This document shows, piece by piece, positions 1 through 8,860 of a stretch of 64,000 bases of DNA. The DNA lies in IMG/VR virus record IMGVR_UViG_3300025867_000005. One strand, written 5' to 3'. The position numbers and the translations under genes were made by a program. Position 1 is the stretch's first letter; each line of letters opens with the position of its first letter. A model generated the notes under the pieces. The model was not told where the DNA came from. It saw only the letters and a list, made by a program, of their open reading frames with translations, and did not search any database. The stretch is from a virus (lineage: Duplodnaviria > Caudoviricetes).

Positions 1-423
1 GCCTATGTCGCTTTGCGTGTTTACCAATCCTATGCAAATGAGGGTGATGGTTATGATAGCTTCAGGAAATCAGCGATTAACAACTGTGTAGACTATCTTG
101 ATAAGAGCATAAGGACCCTAGAGGCCATAAAGAAGGAAGCCGCCGGGATTCTTCCTAAAGTCTATACGGCGGCTGAAATCGATCCTGCCTATGAACGGAA
201 TGAGATACTTAAATCAGCGCAGTATTTCGTCAGGATTGAAAAAGCTTGGGATAGCCTAAATGAATTGGTAGGGATGATTCAGAGAGATATCAACAATATG
301 GAAGAATCGGGCAAAGAAAAGACGGCGAAAGAAGATGCTGTCGCCGCCCTTAAATCAATAATCGGGAACGCAGATGCCGGGATTCGGGTGTTGTCGGTCA
401 TCAAGTCAAAGATAGCGAGATAA
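1..423 (+). CDS. hypothetical protein, 5'-truncated by window edge
   Basis: Frame is open from base 1 and its stop lies 2 nt before the next ATG; helical, no recognisable motif. Confidence 0.6.
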   Translation, partial: AYVALRVYQSYANEGDGYDSFRKSAINNCVDYLDKSIRTLEAIKKEAAGILPKVYTAAEIDPAYERNEILKSAQYFVRIEKAWDSLNELVGMIQRDINNMEESGKEKTAKEDAVAALKSIIGNADAGIRVLSVIKSKIAR

Positions 424-425
424 TC

Positions 426-1190
426 ATGATAGCCACTGGAATCATACAACAAATCGCGGATAAGATAGCAGGACAATATGTTTTGCTTACAGCTCCTGTT
501 TTAGAAATCCAAACATCGGCAAGTCCAGAATACTTCCCGATAGTGACGGAAAGTGACGATTACGGGTTTGAATCCATCATGAACCCTTTCTTGAAGAATG
601 ATGTTTGGACGACAGCCCCAATTGTTAAAGCTTCTCCACTTAGCAGCGTTGTTTGGGGTCTGATGACCTATTTCAATTCCAATCCTAACTATTGGTCAAT
701 AGAATACCCAGGAAGCCTGGATCAATACCTTTACATCAACGGGATGACGGTTAAAAAACCTTTTGCGGATGCCGTGTATGATGTTACGGGTTTCAAAATG
801 TCAGGCGCGGTTGTTGAAAACACGGATGTTATGACTTTTGTAAGATTCGGAAAGACGGCAAGCGATGTACCTTATTTTACTTCAGTCACAAGTTACCAGA
901 CGGAAGCTTTAAACCTTCCTTATGGCACCTATGATTCATATGTATACTTCGCCCCTACTGACAAAGTTGAAGCATATATTGAAAACGGGTCAATAAATTT
1001 TGATATTCGATTGATATGCAAAGACAAAAACGGCGAGACTTTCATACACGAACAGAATCTAACAGGAAGTACGGGAAGCAAAATCGGATTGCAACTGTCT
1101 GAGAAGATTGTCGGTTTTTCGGGGATGACAACGCTTTATAATGGAGCTGCGAACGATTTGATAAGAATCCAAACAGCACCGGAGGATTAA
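426..1190 (+). CDS. putative virion structural protein
   Basis: 254 aa ORF immediately upstream of the tail-tube-like gene; function inferred from context only. Confidence 0.45.
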   Translation: MIATGIIQQIADKIAGQYVLLTAPVLEIQTSASPEYFPIVTESDDYGFESIMNPFLKNDVWTTAPIVKASPLSSVVWGLMTYFNSNPNYWSIEYPGSLDQYLYINGMTVKKPFADAVYDVTGFKMSGAVVENTDVMTFVRFGKTASDVPYFTSVTSYQTEALNLPYGTYDSYVYFAPTDKVEAYIENGSINFDIRLICKDKNGETFIHEQNLTGSTGSKIGLQLSEKIVGFSGMTTLYNGAANDLIRIQTAPED

Positions 1191-1194
1191 TACT

Positions 1195-2169
1195 ATGGGA
1201 ATGGGATATGCAGGATATGCGGTTTTAGGTTCAGATGCAGCGGCAGAACCTATTCTTTTGACGAGTTGCAACATCAATCCGGAACTGAACCCGATCATTT
1301 CTCAGTCGGCAGTCGGTTACGGCTGGAAGAACGCGGCAGACCAAAGCCATTATGCCAACGGTGTCATGGATTACCGTGGAAGCATAGGTTTTGACCTTCC
1401 GACTTCTTTGTGGACTCTTCTCAACGAATGGGCTATCACAAAAAGGATATATGCGAAGGATTTTGAACATAGCCCAGACGGAACCTGTAAGTATCAGTAT
1501 TCAGGGGCTGCGGAAACAGAAGCGAATCTTAACGGGGCTTGGTGTGACAGCCTTGGAATCTCCACAAGCGCAGATTCTACCCTTCAGGCGACAATCAATA
1601 TCTTGGCTCTGACACGTACAGTAACGGCAGGTCTAGGATATTCCGCAAATGAAACCGGTATCTTGGCGGCTTCTTGCGACACCTTCCCTGTAGATCCTTT
1701 GAATCCCCTGAATGCCAATAATTCACCTATTCCTTTCTGGAGGACAAGTGCAAGAATTTTGATAGCCGACGCCGATCCAGACGCGGATGTAAGCACTCTT
1801 TCTTGGGGAATAGATTTGGCGAACAACGCTCAAATAATCAAAGCTTGCAATGCCGGAACCGGAACCTACGGAACCGCTTCGGCGGTTGTGATGGGGGCGA
1901 TGTCAGTAACAGGAAACATCGAATTGTATAAGCACAGCGGCGTTTGGGACCCGGTTCTGGACAACCCGATAATCGCTTCTACGGCTTCTTTGGTGGTGAC
2001 GATTGAAAACGGGACAACAGACAAGACAATCACGTTACCGGCAATCCGCTTGGAAAGCGATGATTACAGCCTGAATCTCAATGGACCTGTTGCAAGGCGT
2101 TTCAATCTGAAAGCAATGGGTGGCAAGTGTGCCACTAATGTTATTCAAGCCCCGATCATTATGGCATAA
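1195..2169 (+). CDS. major tail tube-like protein (paralog 1)
   Basis: Ala/Gly/Thr-rich, beta-type composition; GY-x-G N-terminus and PIPFW motif shared with two downstream paralogs; followed by a strong terminator; lies upstream of chaperones and tape measure. Confidence 0.6.
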   Translation: MGMGYAGYAVLGSDAAAEPILLTSCNINPELNPIISQSAVGYGWKNAADQSHYANGVMDYRGSIGFDLPTSLWTLLNEWAITKRIYAKDFEHSPDGTCKYQYSGAAETEANLNGAWCDSLGISTSADSTLQATINILALTRTVTAGLGYSANETGILAASCDTFPVDPLNPLNANNSPIPFWRTSARILIADADPDADVSTLSWGIDLANNAQIIKACNAGTGTYGTASAVVMGAMSVTGNIELYKHSGVWDPVLDNPIIASTASLVVTIENGTTDKTITLPAIRLESDDYSLNLNGPVARRFNLKAMGGKCATNVIQAPIIMA

Positions 2170-2200
2170 GCATTGGAATAAGAAAGATACATTTCATAAC

Positions 2201-2238
2201 AGAAGGGGGATGTTTAACAGACATCCCTTTCTTTGTTT
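2201..2238 (+). terminator. intrinsic terminator after tail-tube-like gene
   Basis: AGAAGGGGGATGT-loop-ACATCCCTTTCT inverted repeat followed by a T-rich tract. Confidence 0.75.
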
Positions 2239-2255
2239 AAAGAGGAATAAAAGAG

Positions 2256-3101
2256 ATGTTCGGATATGAATCTTGGGTATTGTTAAACGGGATATTCATG
2301 CCCGCTACGGCGGCAGACACACGCCTTGACCGTGCCCGTATCGACAGTTCCGGAATTTATGGAGGAACGATAACAGGAACGAATATACCTATAGGCCAAG
2401 TGCATTTATATGACTGGCCTAATGTTTCCGCTTCTTTCACAAGTGAAGCCACGCCGACGCTTATGGCGATAGTCAAGGAAATGATTCTTAAAAGACAAAG
2501 CCCTGTTTCTCTTGTTCTTAATTCAGGGCAATCGGGGTCACAGGAAATTCAGCAGGCTTGGTGGAACCAGATTACCGTATCTACAGGAGAAGATTCTTTA
2601 GTGACTGTCAGCATAGATTTCACAGCTCTTGAAAGAACAAAGTTTGACGTTGATGCCTTTGCCGCGTATTGGGCAAACGATATCGGAGGTTTCGCTAAAA
2701 CTTGCTTTCCGGAATATGCTCCGATTCCTTTCTGGAAAACCAAAATCCTTGAATTTGAATATGTCAAAAACTGGAATTTTACCATTTCTCAAGAAGTCGC
2801 AAAATTTTTCGGCTGTATGAATTATCCTTCCAACGTCCCTGCGAATCCATATGTCTTGGGATGTGGTGTTCTTTCAGGCACTCTGGCTTTTGCCACGCAT
2901 GAAGAAAATTCTTATGTGATAACCGCTATGCCTTCCGTGTTCTCTGGGACAGAGCTGAATACAAGAGATGTTCTGACTATTAATATAGATGGGATTTGGA
3001 TTACGTGCCAAGGAGAATTGAATACGGTTGACAATCCACTCTCCGGCACGTTGAACCTGAATGAAGTCGGATATAACTTCCAGATATACGGAGTATCTTA
3101 A
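2256..3101 (+). CDS. tail tube-like protein (paralog 2)
   Basis: MFGYESW..NG start; PIPFWKT matches PIPFWRT of 1195..2169. Confidence 0.5.
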   Translation: MFGYESWVLLNGIFMPATAADTRLDRARIDSSGIYGGTITGTNIPIGQVHLYDWPNVSASFTSEATPTLMAIVKEMILKRQSPVSLVLNSGQSGSQEIQQAWWNQITVSTGEDSLVTVSIDFTALERTKFDVDAFAAYWANDIGGFAKTCFPEYAPIPFWKTKILEFEYVKNWNFTISQEVAKFFGCMNYPSNVPANPYVLGCGVLSGTLAFATHEENSYVITAMPSVFSGTELNTRDVLTINIDGIWITCQGELNTVDNPLSGTLNLNEVGYNFQIYGVS

Positions 3102-3113
3102 AAAAGGACAAAG

Positions 3114-3584
3114 ATGAAAATAGAACCGAGAAACAGCAAAGCACAGCCACAGTCTGTTGAATTAAGTCTTCAGAAACCGGGAAAGTACGAATCCAATCCG
3201 GAACAGACATTCGATATCATCATCAATGTTCTGAACAGACAAGGACGATGGATTGTCATTCAGTCACCGATAAAAGGTAGTGAAGAACACAGGGTTACAT
3301 TCAGGCTTTGGACTTTTGAAGAAATGATTGAAATCAAAAGGAAAGCAACAACCGTAGATCCGATGTCAAGAAAGACGAACATTGACTTCGACTTGATGAA
3401 CAGGATGAAAGTACAGAAGTTGTTGACAAGTTGGACGTTTTCAAATGACAATCCGAGACTGTCTATCCAGCATGTGAACGGCGTCATGACAGATGAATCT
3501 TGGAAGGCGTTTACGAAACTCGATCCTTCGATTATTCAGAGAATACTTGATGAAATGAACTTTTTCTTGGATTGCGGCGGATGA
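3114..3584 (+). CDS. tail assembly chaperone-like protein
   Basis: FRLWTFEE...D...LL-SW pattern and size typical of tail chaperones; lies between tube and tape measure genes. Confidence 0.5.
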   Translation: MKIEPRNSKAQPQSVELSLQKPGKYESNPEQTFDIIINVLNRQGRWIVIQSPIKGSEEHRVTFRLWTFEEMIEIKRKATTVDPMSRKTNIDFDLMNRMKVQKLLTSWTFSNDNPRLSIQHVNGVMTDESWKAFTKLDPSIIQRILDEMNFFLDCGG

Positions 3585-3585
3585 A

Positions 3586-4209
3586 ATGGAAATAGACGAT
3601 GTAATTGATAATATCTGTCTTCTTGGAAGGAACGTAAAAATAGAAGTTCCTTTTGTCTCCTATTCCGGAATTGAAATTCCGACAAAAGAAAGCCTTACCA
3701 AGAAAATTTTCATCTTTAAGGAATTCACACTCAAAGACAGTTTGGAACTTGACAGGTTGTCTTATTCGATCCGTAATTTCAACAGCTTTTTCGACGCTTC
3801 TTTTACCGACTATAATATCTATCGCTACCTTATGATGCGAAGGACAATCATTTCCGTCGGAGACAAGACTTTCGAAAGGCAAAACGGATGGATGACAAAG
3901 AAAGACTGGGATGTTTTTAAAACATTTCCGGCACCAGTTTTGAACTATGCCCTTAGCTTGTATGAAGACTCCTTTTCGATGTCAGAAGAAGAACATAAGA
4001 AGCTGGAAAGGGAAACGGCTTTGTTGTTCGGCAGCAAGGCAGGAAAGGTTTTAGACCCTAGCCCAGGAATTTCCATGACGTTCACTCTTGAAAGCCTATG
4101 GGACAAGTTCGGCCTGACGAAACAAGATGTGGAAAACATGCCGTTGAAAGAATATTCGAAAATCAAACTCATTCTTACAAAGGAAGCTGAAAAGATGAGG
4201 GACGTATGA
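3586..4209 (+). CDS. tail assembly chaperone-like protein
   Basis: FKEFTLKD...DYNIYR pattern resembles 3114 and 5035 products; C-terminal GLTKQDVENMPL resembles GT-type chaperone tails. Confidence 0.4.
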   Translation: MEIDDVIDNICLLGRNVKIEVPFVSYSGIEIPTKESLTKKIFIFKEFTLKDSLELDRLSYSIRNFNSFFDASFTDYNIYRYLMMRRTIISVGDKTFERQNGWMTKKDWDVFKTFPAPVLNYALSLYEDSFSMSEEEHKKLERETALLFGSKAGKVLDPSPGISMTFTLESLWDKFGLTKQDVENMPLKEYSKIKLILTKEAEKMRDV

Positions 4210-5030
4210 CGGATACCATCACATCAATAAGATTGGGTTACGGAGGTCGTGGATTTATCAACGGGACAGAAGTCCTTATGACTTCCGGCAGCCTTGAAAA
4301 TTCCGTGTCTCCAGCCTACACGTCCGGATATCTTATCCCGATGAACGGAACAGACAGAAGCAGGGTCTTGCATGCCGATGGAACTGTTACCCATTCCGGC
4401 AGCATGGGTTTCGATTTGACCCTTAACGGCCTCAGCGTAATTGAAAGCCTGATGGCTAGAAACCAAAAATTTAACGTTGAAATGTATGACGGTAAATATG
4501 GTTTCAAAATCGGTGGTGTCGGTTTAGACGGATGTGTCGTGGATACCATTACCGTAAGTGGCGCTCCTAACGGATTCATCACGGGAAGCCTCAATTTCTC
4601 ATGTAGGAACCCCGCAACCAAACAATTTTCAAGCCTTGCAACGAACAACAGGGATATGAATATAGGAGATGTCATTCCTTATTGGTGGAGCGGTAATTCC
4701 TATGTAAGGGATTGGACGCTTACCTTTTCTCAGGCGGTGACTCCTAAATTTTCAAATTTAAATCGATACCAACTTACAACAGAAGGAATTCTTGCAAGTT
4801 CTCCGGTATACTTGTTCGTGGGTGAAATCACTGTAAGTCTTGAATTCAACACGTTTTGCCCGCTTGTCACGGATACCGTTTACATTGCTACAGATTCCTT
4901 TAAGGTCGTCGGCAGAACAACTTCTACAGGCTATTCGGTCGGCGGTCTGAACGAATTGCCTTCCTATCACTATTCTATCCAAAGTTCGGCGATAGGAAGC
5001 AACGATCATAACATACTAACCATAGGATGA
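4206..5030 (+). CDS. tail tube-like protein (paralog 3)
   Basis: LGYGGRGFING start; GSMGFDL matches GSIGFDL in paralog 1; VIPYWW motif. Confidence 0.5.
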   Translation: MTDTITSIRLGYGGRGFINGTEVLMTSGSLENSVSPAYTSGYLIPMNGTDRSRVLHADGTVTHSGSMGFDLTLNGLSVIESLMARNQKFNVEMYDGKYGFKIGGVGLDGCVVDTITVSGAPNGFITGSLNFSCRNPATKQFSSLATNNRDMNIGDVIPYWWSGNSYVRDWTLTFSQAVTPKFSNLNRYQLTTEGILASSPVYLFVGEITVSLEFNTFCPLVTDTVYIATDSFKVVGRTTSTGYSVGGLNELPSYHYSIQSSAIGSNDHNILTIG

Positions 5031-5034
5031 CAAC

Positions 5035-5688
5035 ATGAATGAAGACAGGGATGAAGGCATGAATGAAGGCATGAATGAAAAGGCACAGGATACGGGAATA
5101 GATAGTAAAAATACTGTTGAAGAGACAGAAGAAGCCGAAGGTGCAACAAGCTTAAGCAAAACAATTTTTTCAGACGAGGAAGGAATGAAGGCGGCGGCTT
5201 TCCGGTCGGTTACGGAATCGGTGAAAGGAATACCGATTGAACCTAAGAAACCGTCATTCTTTATGGAAGATGACCAGACTGTGCGTATCGATGTAGATGT
5301 CTGGAGCGATCCTGAAACAGGGAGACTCTTGTCTGTCACGAAGAAAGGGGATATCGACTCTCAGGCGATGGAAAAACTCATTCTGAAGACTGAACAGTGG
5401 TTTGAATTCAGTATCCCCAATTTTGATGATGTCTGTGTCTACCGTCAAAAGTCAAGCAGATATATCGGGAAGGAACAGGTTGTTGATACCAATCTTTTCC
5501 GTAATTTCATCCTGCTTGGACATATCAAAGCATGGTCTATGCAAGATAAAGACGGGAAACAGATTGAAATCGTAAGGGAAAAAGACGGAAACCTTTCTAT
5601 GGAAACGATCAACTGGATAAACAAGCTTCATACCGTAATCTGGGATATCGTGTTCACCCTTTTCGAAAGGCAGACCCTCATAAGCTAA
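5035..5688 (+). CDS. tail assembly chaperone-like protein
   Basis: FSIPNFDD...VDTNLFR...IKAWSM pattern; directly precedes the tape measure gene. Confidence 0.5.
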   Translation: MNEDRDEGMNEGMNEKAQDTGIDSKNTVEETEEAEGATSLSKTIFSDEEGMKAAAFRSVTESVKGIPIEPKKPSFFMEDDQTVRIDVDVWSDPETGRLLSVTKKGDIDSQAMEKLILKTEQWFEFSIPNFDDVCVYRQKSSRYIGKEQVVDTNLFRNFILLGHIKAWSMQDKDGKQIEIVREKDGNLSMETINWINKLHTVIWDIVFTLFERQTLIS

Positions 5689-5701
5689 AACAGGTGCTAA
5701 A

Positions 5702-8700
5702 ATGCCACAAGATATTCTTTCAAACATAAACCTTAAAGGACAGAACCTTGAAGGAGCGTCAAAAATCCTTTCAGATGCCAATCTTCGCGCATTCTGGGGG
5801 AAACTCACCAATTTCGAAAAGAAAGAACTTCTTGAGGGCACAAAACTGACGGTAGCGGAAATCAATAAGCTCGTAAAGGAACTAAATAAAGCCGCTAAAG
5901 CGATGGAAGAATATACGGGCAAAATCGACAAGTACGAATCCACTTTCAAAAAATTAACGAATTCTTACAAAGAAGGAAGGAACCAGGCAAAACTTTATTT
6001 GGACGAAGCTGCAAAATCAGGAGGTAAACTTGCGGTTTTGGGTGCGGCAGTCGCATTGGTGACAAAAGAAGTAAAAAAGAATATCGACGCGATGCAGGAT
6101 TATGTCAATGCCGTAAGAAGGTATGATATCGAACAGGAAAGGTTTTCAAAATCATCACTGATTCAGAAAAAGAGTCTGGACAGTATGCGCTGGTCCCTTT
6201 CTTTGACGAAGAATGAAATGGCTTCTTTCTTCGAAGAACTAAAACGAGGAGAAAGCCTTGGTTTCAATACCAAACAGATGGAACAATCCATCTTGAAACT
6301 TAAATCTGTCTACGGGAATGACGCGATGAAGATGTTCGGAAGTTATCAGGACATCCTCACCAAAATGCCGACTGTCAGCAATCAGATAAAAGCAGGAAAA
6401 GGCTTCCAGGGATTCAACGAAGGAGATGTCTATAACCTGATGGCAAGCGGACAATACGGGACAATGTTGGAACTTCAGGCGGGTGGCATGTTCGGCGGAG
6501 AAGCCGAGAAATCGAAATCAGCGGAAGTCGAAAACGTGCAGAAGATGATGGATAGTTTCACTGAATATGCTAAAGATGAAGCAAGCCGTTATTTCATGCC
6601 GTCTCTTTCATTGGCAAGCAAGACTCTGGACGGAGTTAACACAATCATAGATTATGCCGCCAAAGCTGTTGTTCTTTTGGGAATAATCTCTGCTGTCAAA
6701 GGAACAGGAGTCGTGGGTGATGTTGTAAAGAATTTAGGAGGTGGAAGTCTTATAACAGGAGCGAAAACTTTAGGCAAGGGATTGTTAGGAAAAGGAGGTG
6801 GACTTGCATTAAGAGGACTTTCGTTAAGCGGGTCAGCCTTGTCTCTTGGCGGGGCGATTGCGGCTGGTTTGGGAGGAGGTCAATTGTTGGGTGCCGGTAT
6901 TTCTAAGGCGTTCGATGGCACTACCTATAACCCCAAAGAACTTTATTCTGCCCTTACATCTGGACCCGGCGCTTTGAAGTCTTTCGGGAAAGGTTTGTTT
7001 TCAGGCTACGGCCAGTTTTATTCAGAAGACAAGGGAGAGGGTCTTAAAGAAAGAATCGCCGGTACGGTAAACACTGGAAGATATGTCAAGGATGAAAAAA
7101 CCGGGAAGACGGTAAGGATGGGTAAAGCTGACAGAAAGACTTTGTTGGATTTTGAAAAAGAAATGAAAGCCACATGGGAGAATCTTAATCTGATCAGAGA
7201 TTCTTGGCAGATGCAGTACGAATCTACAAAGAGAATTGCTGATATAGATATGGATATCGCTTCCAAATCAGGGGATATGGTTGAATACAAACAAGTCAGT
7301 GCGGAAAAACAAAACGCCCTTAACAAACAGCATTCAGAACTGATGGGATTATATGAAAAAGAAGAACAGGGAATAATATCCAAGATGAAGGAAATGGAAG
7401 GTATAAAGGGCTTTGAGAAGACGAGAGGGTACAAGGCGGCACAAGCCAATTTAAAGAGTCTTAGGGAAAAGATGGGTGACCTTGACAAGGTTCTTATTGA
7501 TGGCCGTATAGAAGTCATGAATAGTGTCATTCAGGAACAGATTTCCCAAGGTGGCGCAGGAAGTAAAGGGACAAATAAGTTAAGAATGGCGAAAGCCGCT
7601 GCGGAAGCCGCTTTGTCCAAGGCAAGATTCGTCGGAGGAGAATATCAGGCCGCTGGAGCCGCTAGAGGCATCAACATTAAAGAAGCCAAGAACTTCCTTG
7701 AAGGTATCGAAAAGGCTATGGCTATCGCCAGAGAAACAAGGGTAAAAGGCAATACTGCCGCTGAAAGGCTTGCGGCTGAAAAGTCATTGACGGAAATGGA
7801 AATCCAGCGCACGGAAGCGGAAGAAAAACTTAAGAACGCGATGATAGACACAAGAGACCTTGAAATCCTGACAAGGGACATCGAAATCTATCTGAAGGGC
7901 CTCGGTGCGCAGCAGTCCTATGTAGAGGACATCAACGGAAGTTTTCAGGCACTTAAGCCGTTCTGGCAAGCGGAAGTCGAAACAAAGAGGCGTCTGGCGG
8001 AAATCGCCAAACAAGACATGCAAAGGATGGCGGCTTCACACGGAATGGGATCTCAGGCTTACAAAGAAAAAGAAGCGGAATACGCTATCAAGTCTTTGGA
8101 TGCAAAAAAAGCGGAACTGGAACTTGCAAAGAAAGTCAGGGACAAGAAGAAAGAAGAAATCACTTTCGCTTCTGATTGGATGCGTGAACAGGCAGACTAC
8201 CTAGAAGAAATGGGCGGCGGTTTCAGTCAGATTCTAAGTCTTCGTTCTCAGGCGATAGAAAAGGAACGGGAAGCTATTTCCGCACAGCAGGACTTTATCG
8301 ATACAGGAATCAAGACCGGAACACTTGAAGGTTTTGAACTTATTAAAGCACAGACGGATTTGGAACGCATGAAGATGAAAATGACGAGAGACACCATAGG
8401 CGTTCAAAAATCAGCTTACGAAAAATTCGTCGGTATGGCATTCGGTCAACTTTCAGATATCGGAATCAAGAGGGGAAGGATGGATGATGCCGTTTTGATG
8501 GGAACTGCCGCAACACGCGTAAAAGGAAGAGACGGCATGTATGTCAAGGGGACTCCGAACATGACAAGGGACCAGGTGATGGCGGTGATGGCTACAGGCG
8601 GCAGCATCGACGGAATTACCGCGAATAAAGATACGAAGAAGGCAGACTATTTCACGGGTTCAAGAGTCGAAAGCGGGAAACCCAAAGAAGAACTTCAAGT

Positions 8701-8860
8701 TAACGGGAAGGTGCAGTTAGCCCTTGATCAGGGTTTGATTCTGAAGATGGAAGACTGGTCTTTCAATCTTTCGAAGAACAAGGAATTCGGTGCCGCGATT
8801 GTACAGGCGAATAGAATCGTAACGGAAAACAACACAAAGGCTTCTGGAGCGTCTAAATAA
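5702..8860 (+). CDS. tail tape measure protein
   Basis: 1052 aa, helical/coiled-coil, with a central Gly/Leu/Ala-rich hydrophobic stretch; canonical position. Confidence 0.75.
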   Translation: MPQDILSNINLKGQNLEGASKILSDANLRAFWGKLTNFEKKELLEGTKLTVAEINKLVKELNKAAKAMEEYTGKIDKYESTFKKLTNSYKEGRNQAKLYLDEAAKSGGKLAVLGAAVALVTKEVKKNIDAMQDYVNAVRRYDIEQERFSKSSLIQKKSLDSMRWSLSLTKNEMASFFEELKRGESLGFNTKQMEQSILKLKSVYGNDAMKMFGSYQDILTKMPTVSNQIKAGKGFQGFNEGDVYNLMASGQYGTMLELQAGGMFGGEAEKSKSAEVENVQKMMDSFTEYAKDEASRYFMPSLSLASKTLDGVNTIIDYAAKAVVLLGIISAVKGTGVVGDVVKNLGGGSLITGAKTLGKGLLGKGGGLALRGLSLSGSALSLGGAIAAGLGGGQLLGAGISKAFDGTTYNPKELYSALTSGPGALKSFGKGLFSGYGQFYSEDKGEGLKERIAGTVNTGRYVKDEKTGKTVRMGKADRKTLLDFEKEMKATWENLNLIRDSWQMQYESTKRIADIDMDIASKSGDMVEYKQVSAEKQNALNKQHSELMGLYEKEEQGIISKMKEMEGIKGFEKTRGYKAAQANLKSLREKMGDLDKVLIDGRIEVMNSVIQEQISQGGAGSKGTNKLRMAKAAAEAALSKARFVGGEYQAAGAARGINIKEAKNFLEGIEKAMAIARETRVKGNTAAERLAAEKSLTEMEIQRTEAEEKLKNAMIDTRDLEILTRDIEIYLKGLGAQQSYVEDINGSFQALKPFWQAEVETKRRLAEIAKQDMQRMAASHGMGSQAYKEKEAEYAIKSLDAKKAELELAKKVRDKKKEEITFASDWMREQADYLEEMGGGFSQILSLRSQAIEKEREAISAQQDFIDTGIKTGTLEGFELIKAQTDLERMKMKMTRDTIGVQKSAYEKFVGMAFGQLSDIGIKRGRMDDAVLMGTAATRVKGRDGMYVKGTPNMTRDQVMAVMATGGSIDGITANKDTKKADYFTGSRVESGKPKEELQVNGKVQLALDQGLILKMEDWSFNLSKNKEFGAAIVQANRIVTENNTKASGASK

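Noticed and set aside
3557-3590. Possible G/GT-type tail chaperone frameshift at AAC TTT TTC
   Set aside because: The -1 frame closes within a few codons; the downstream ORF 3586 is in the +1 frame and has its own ATG.
5035-5086. Short tandem repeat (ATGAAGGCATGA twice) at the start of a chaperone gene
   Set aside because: In-frame 12 bp duplication in a low-complexity N-terminus; no spacers, not a CRISPR array or iteron.
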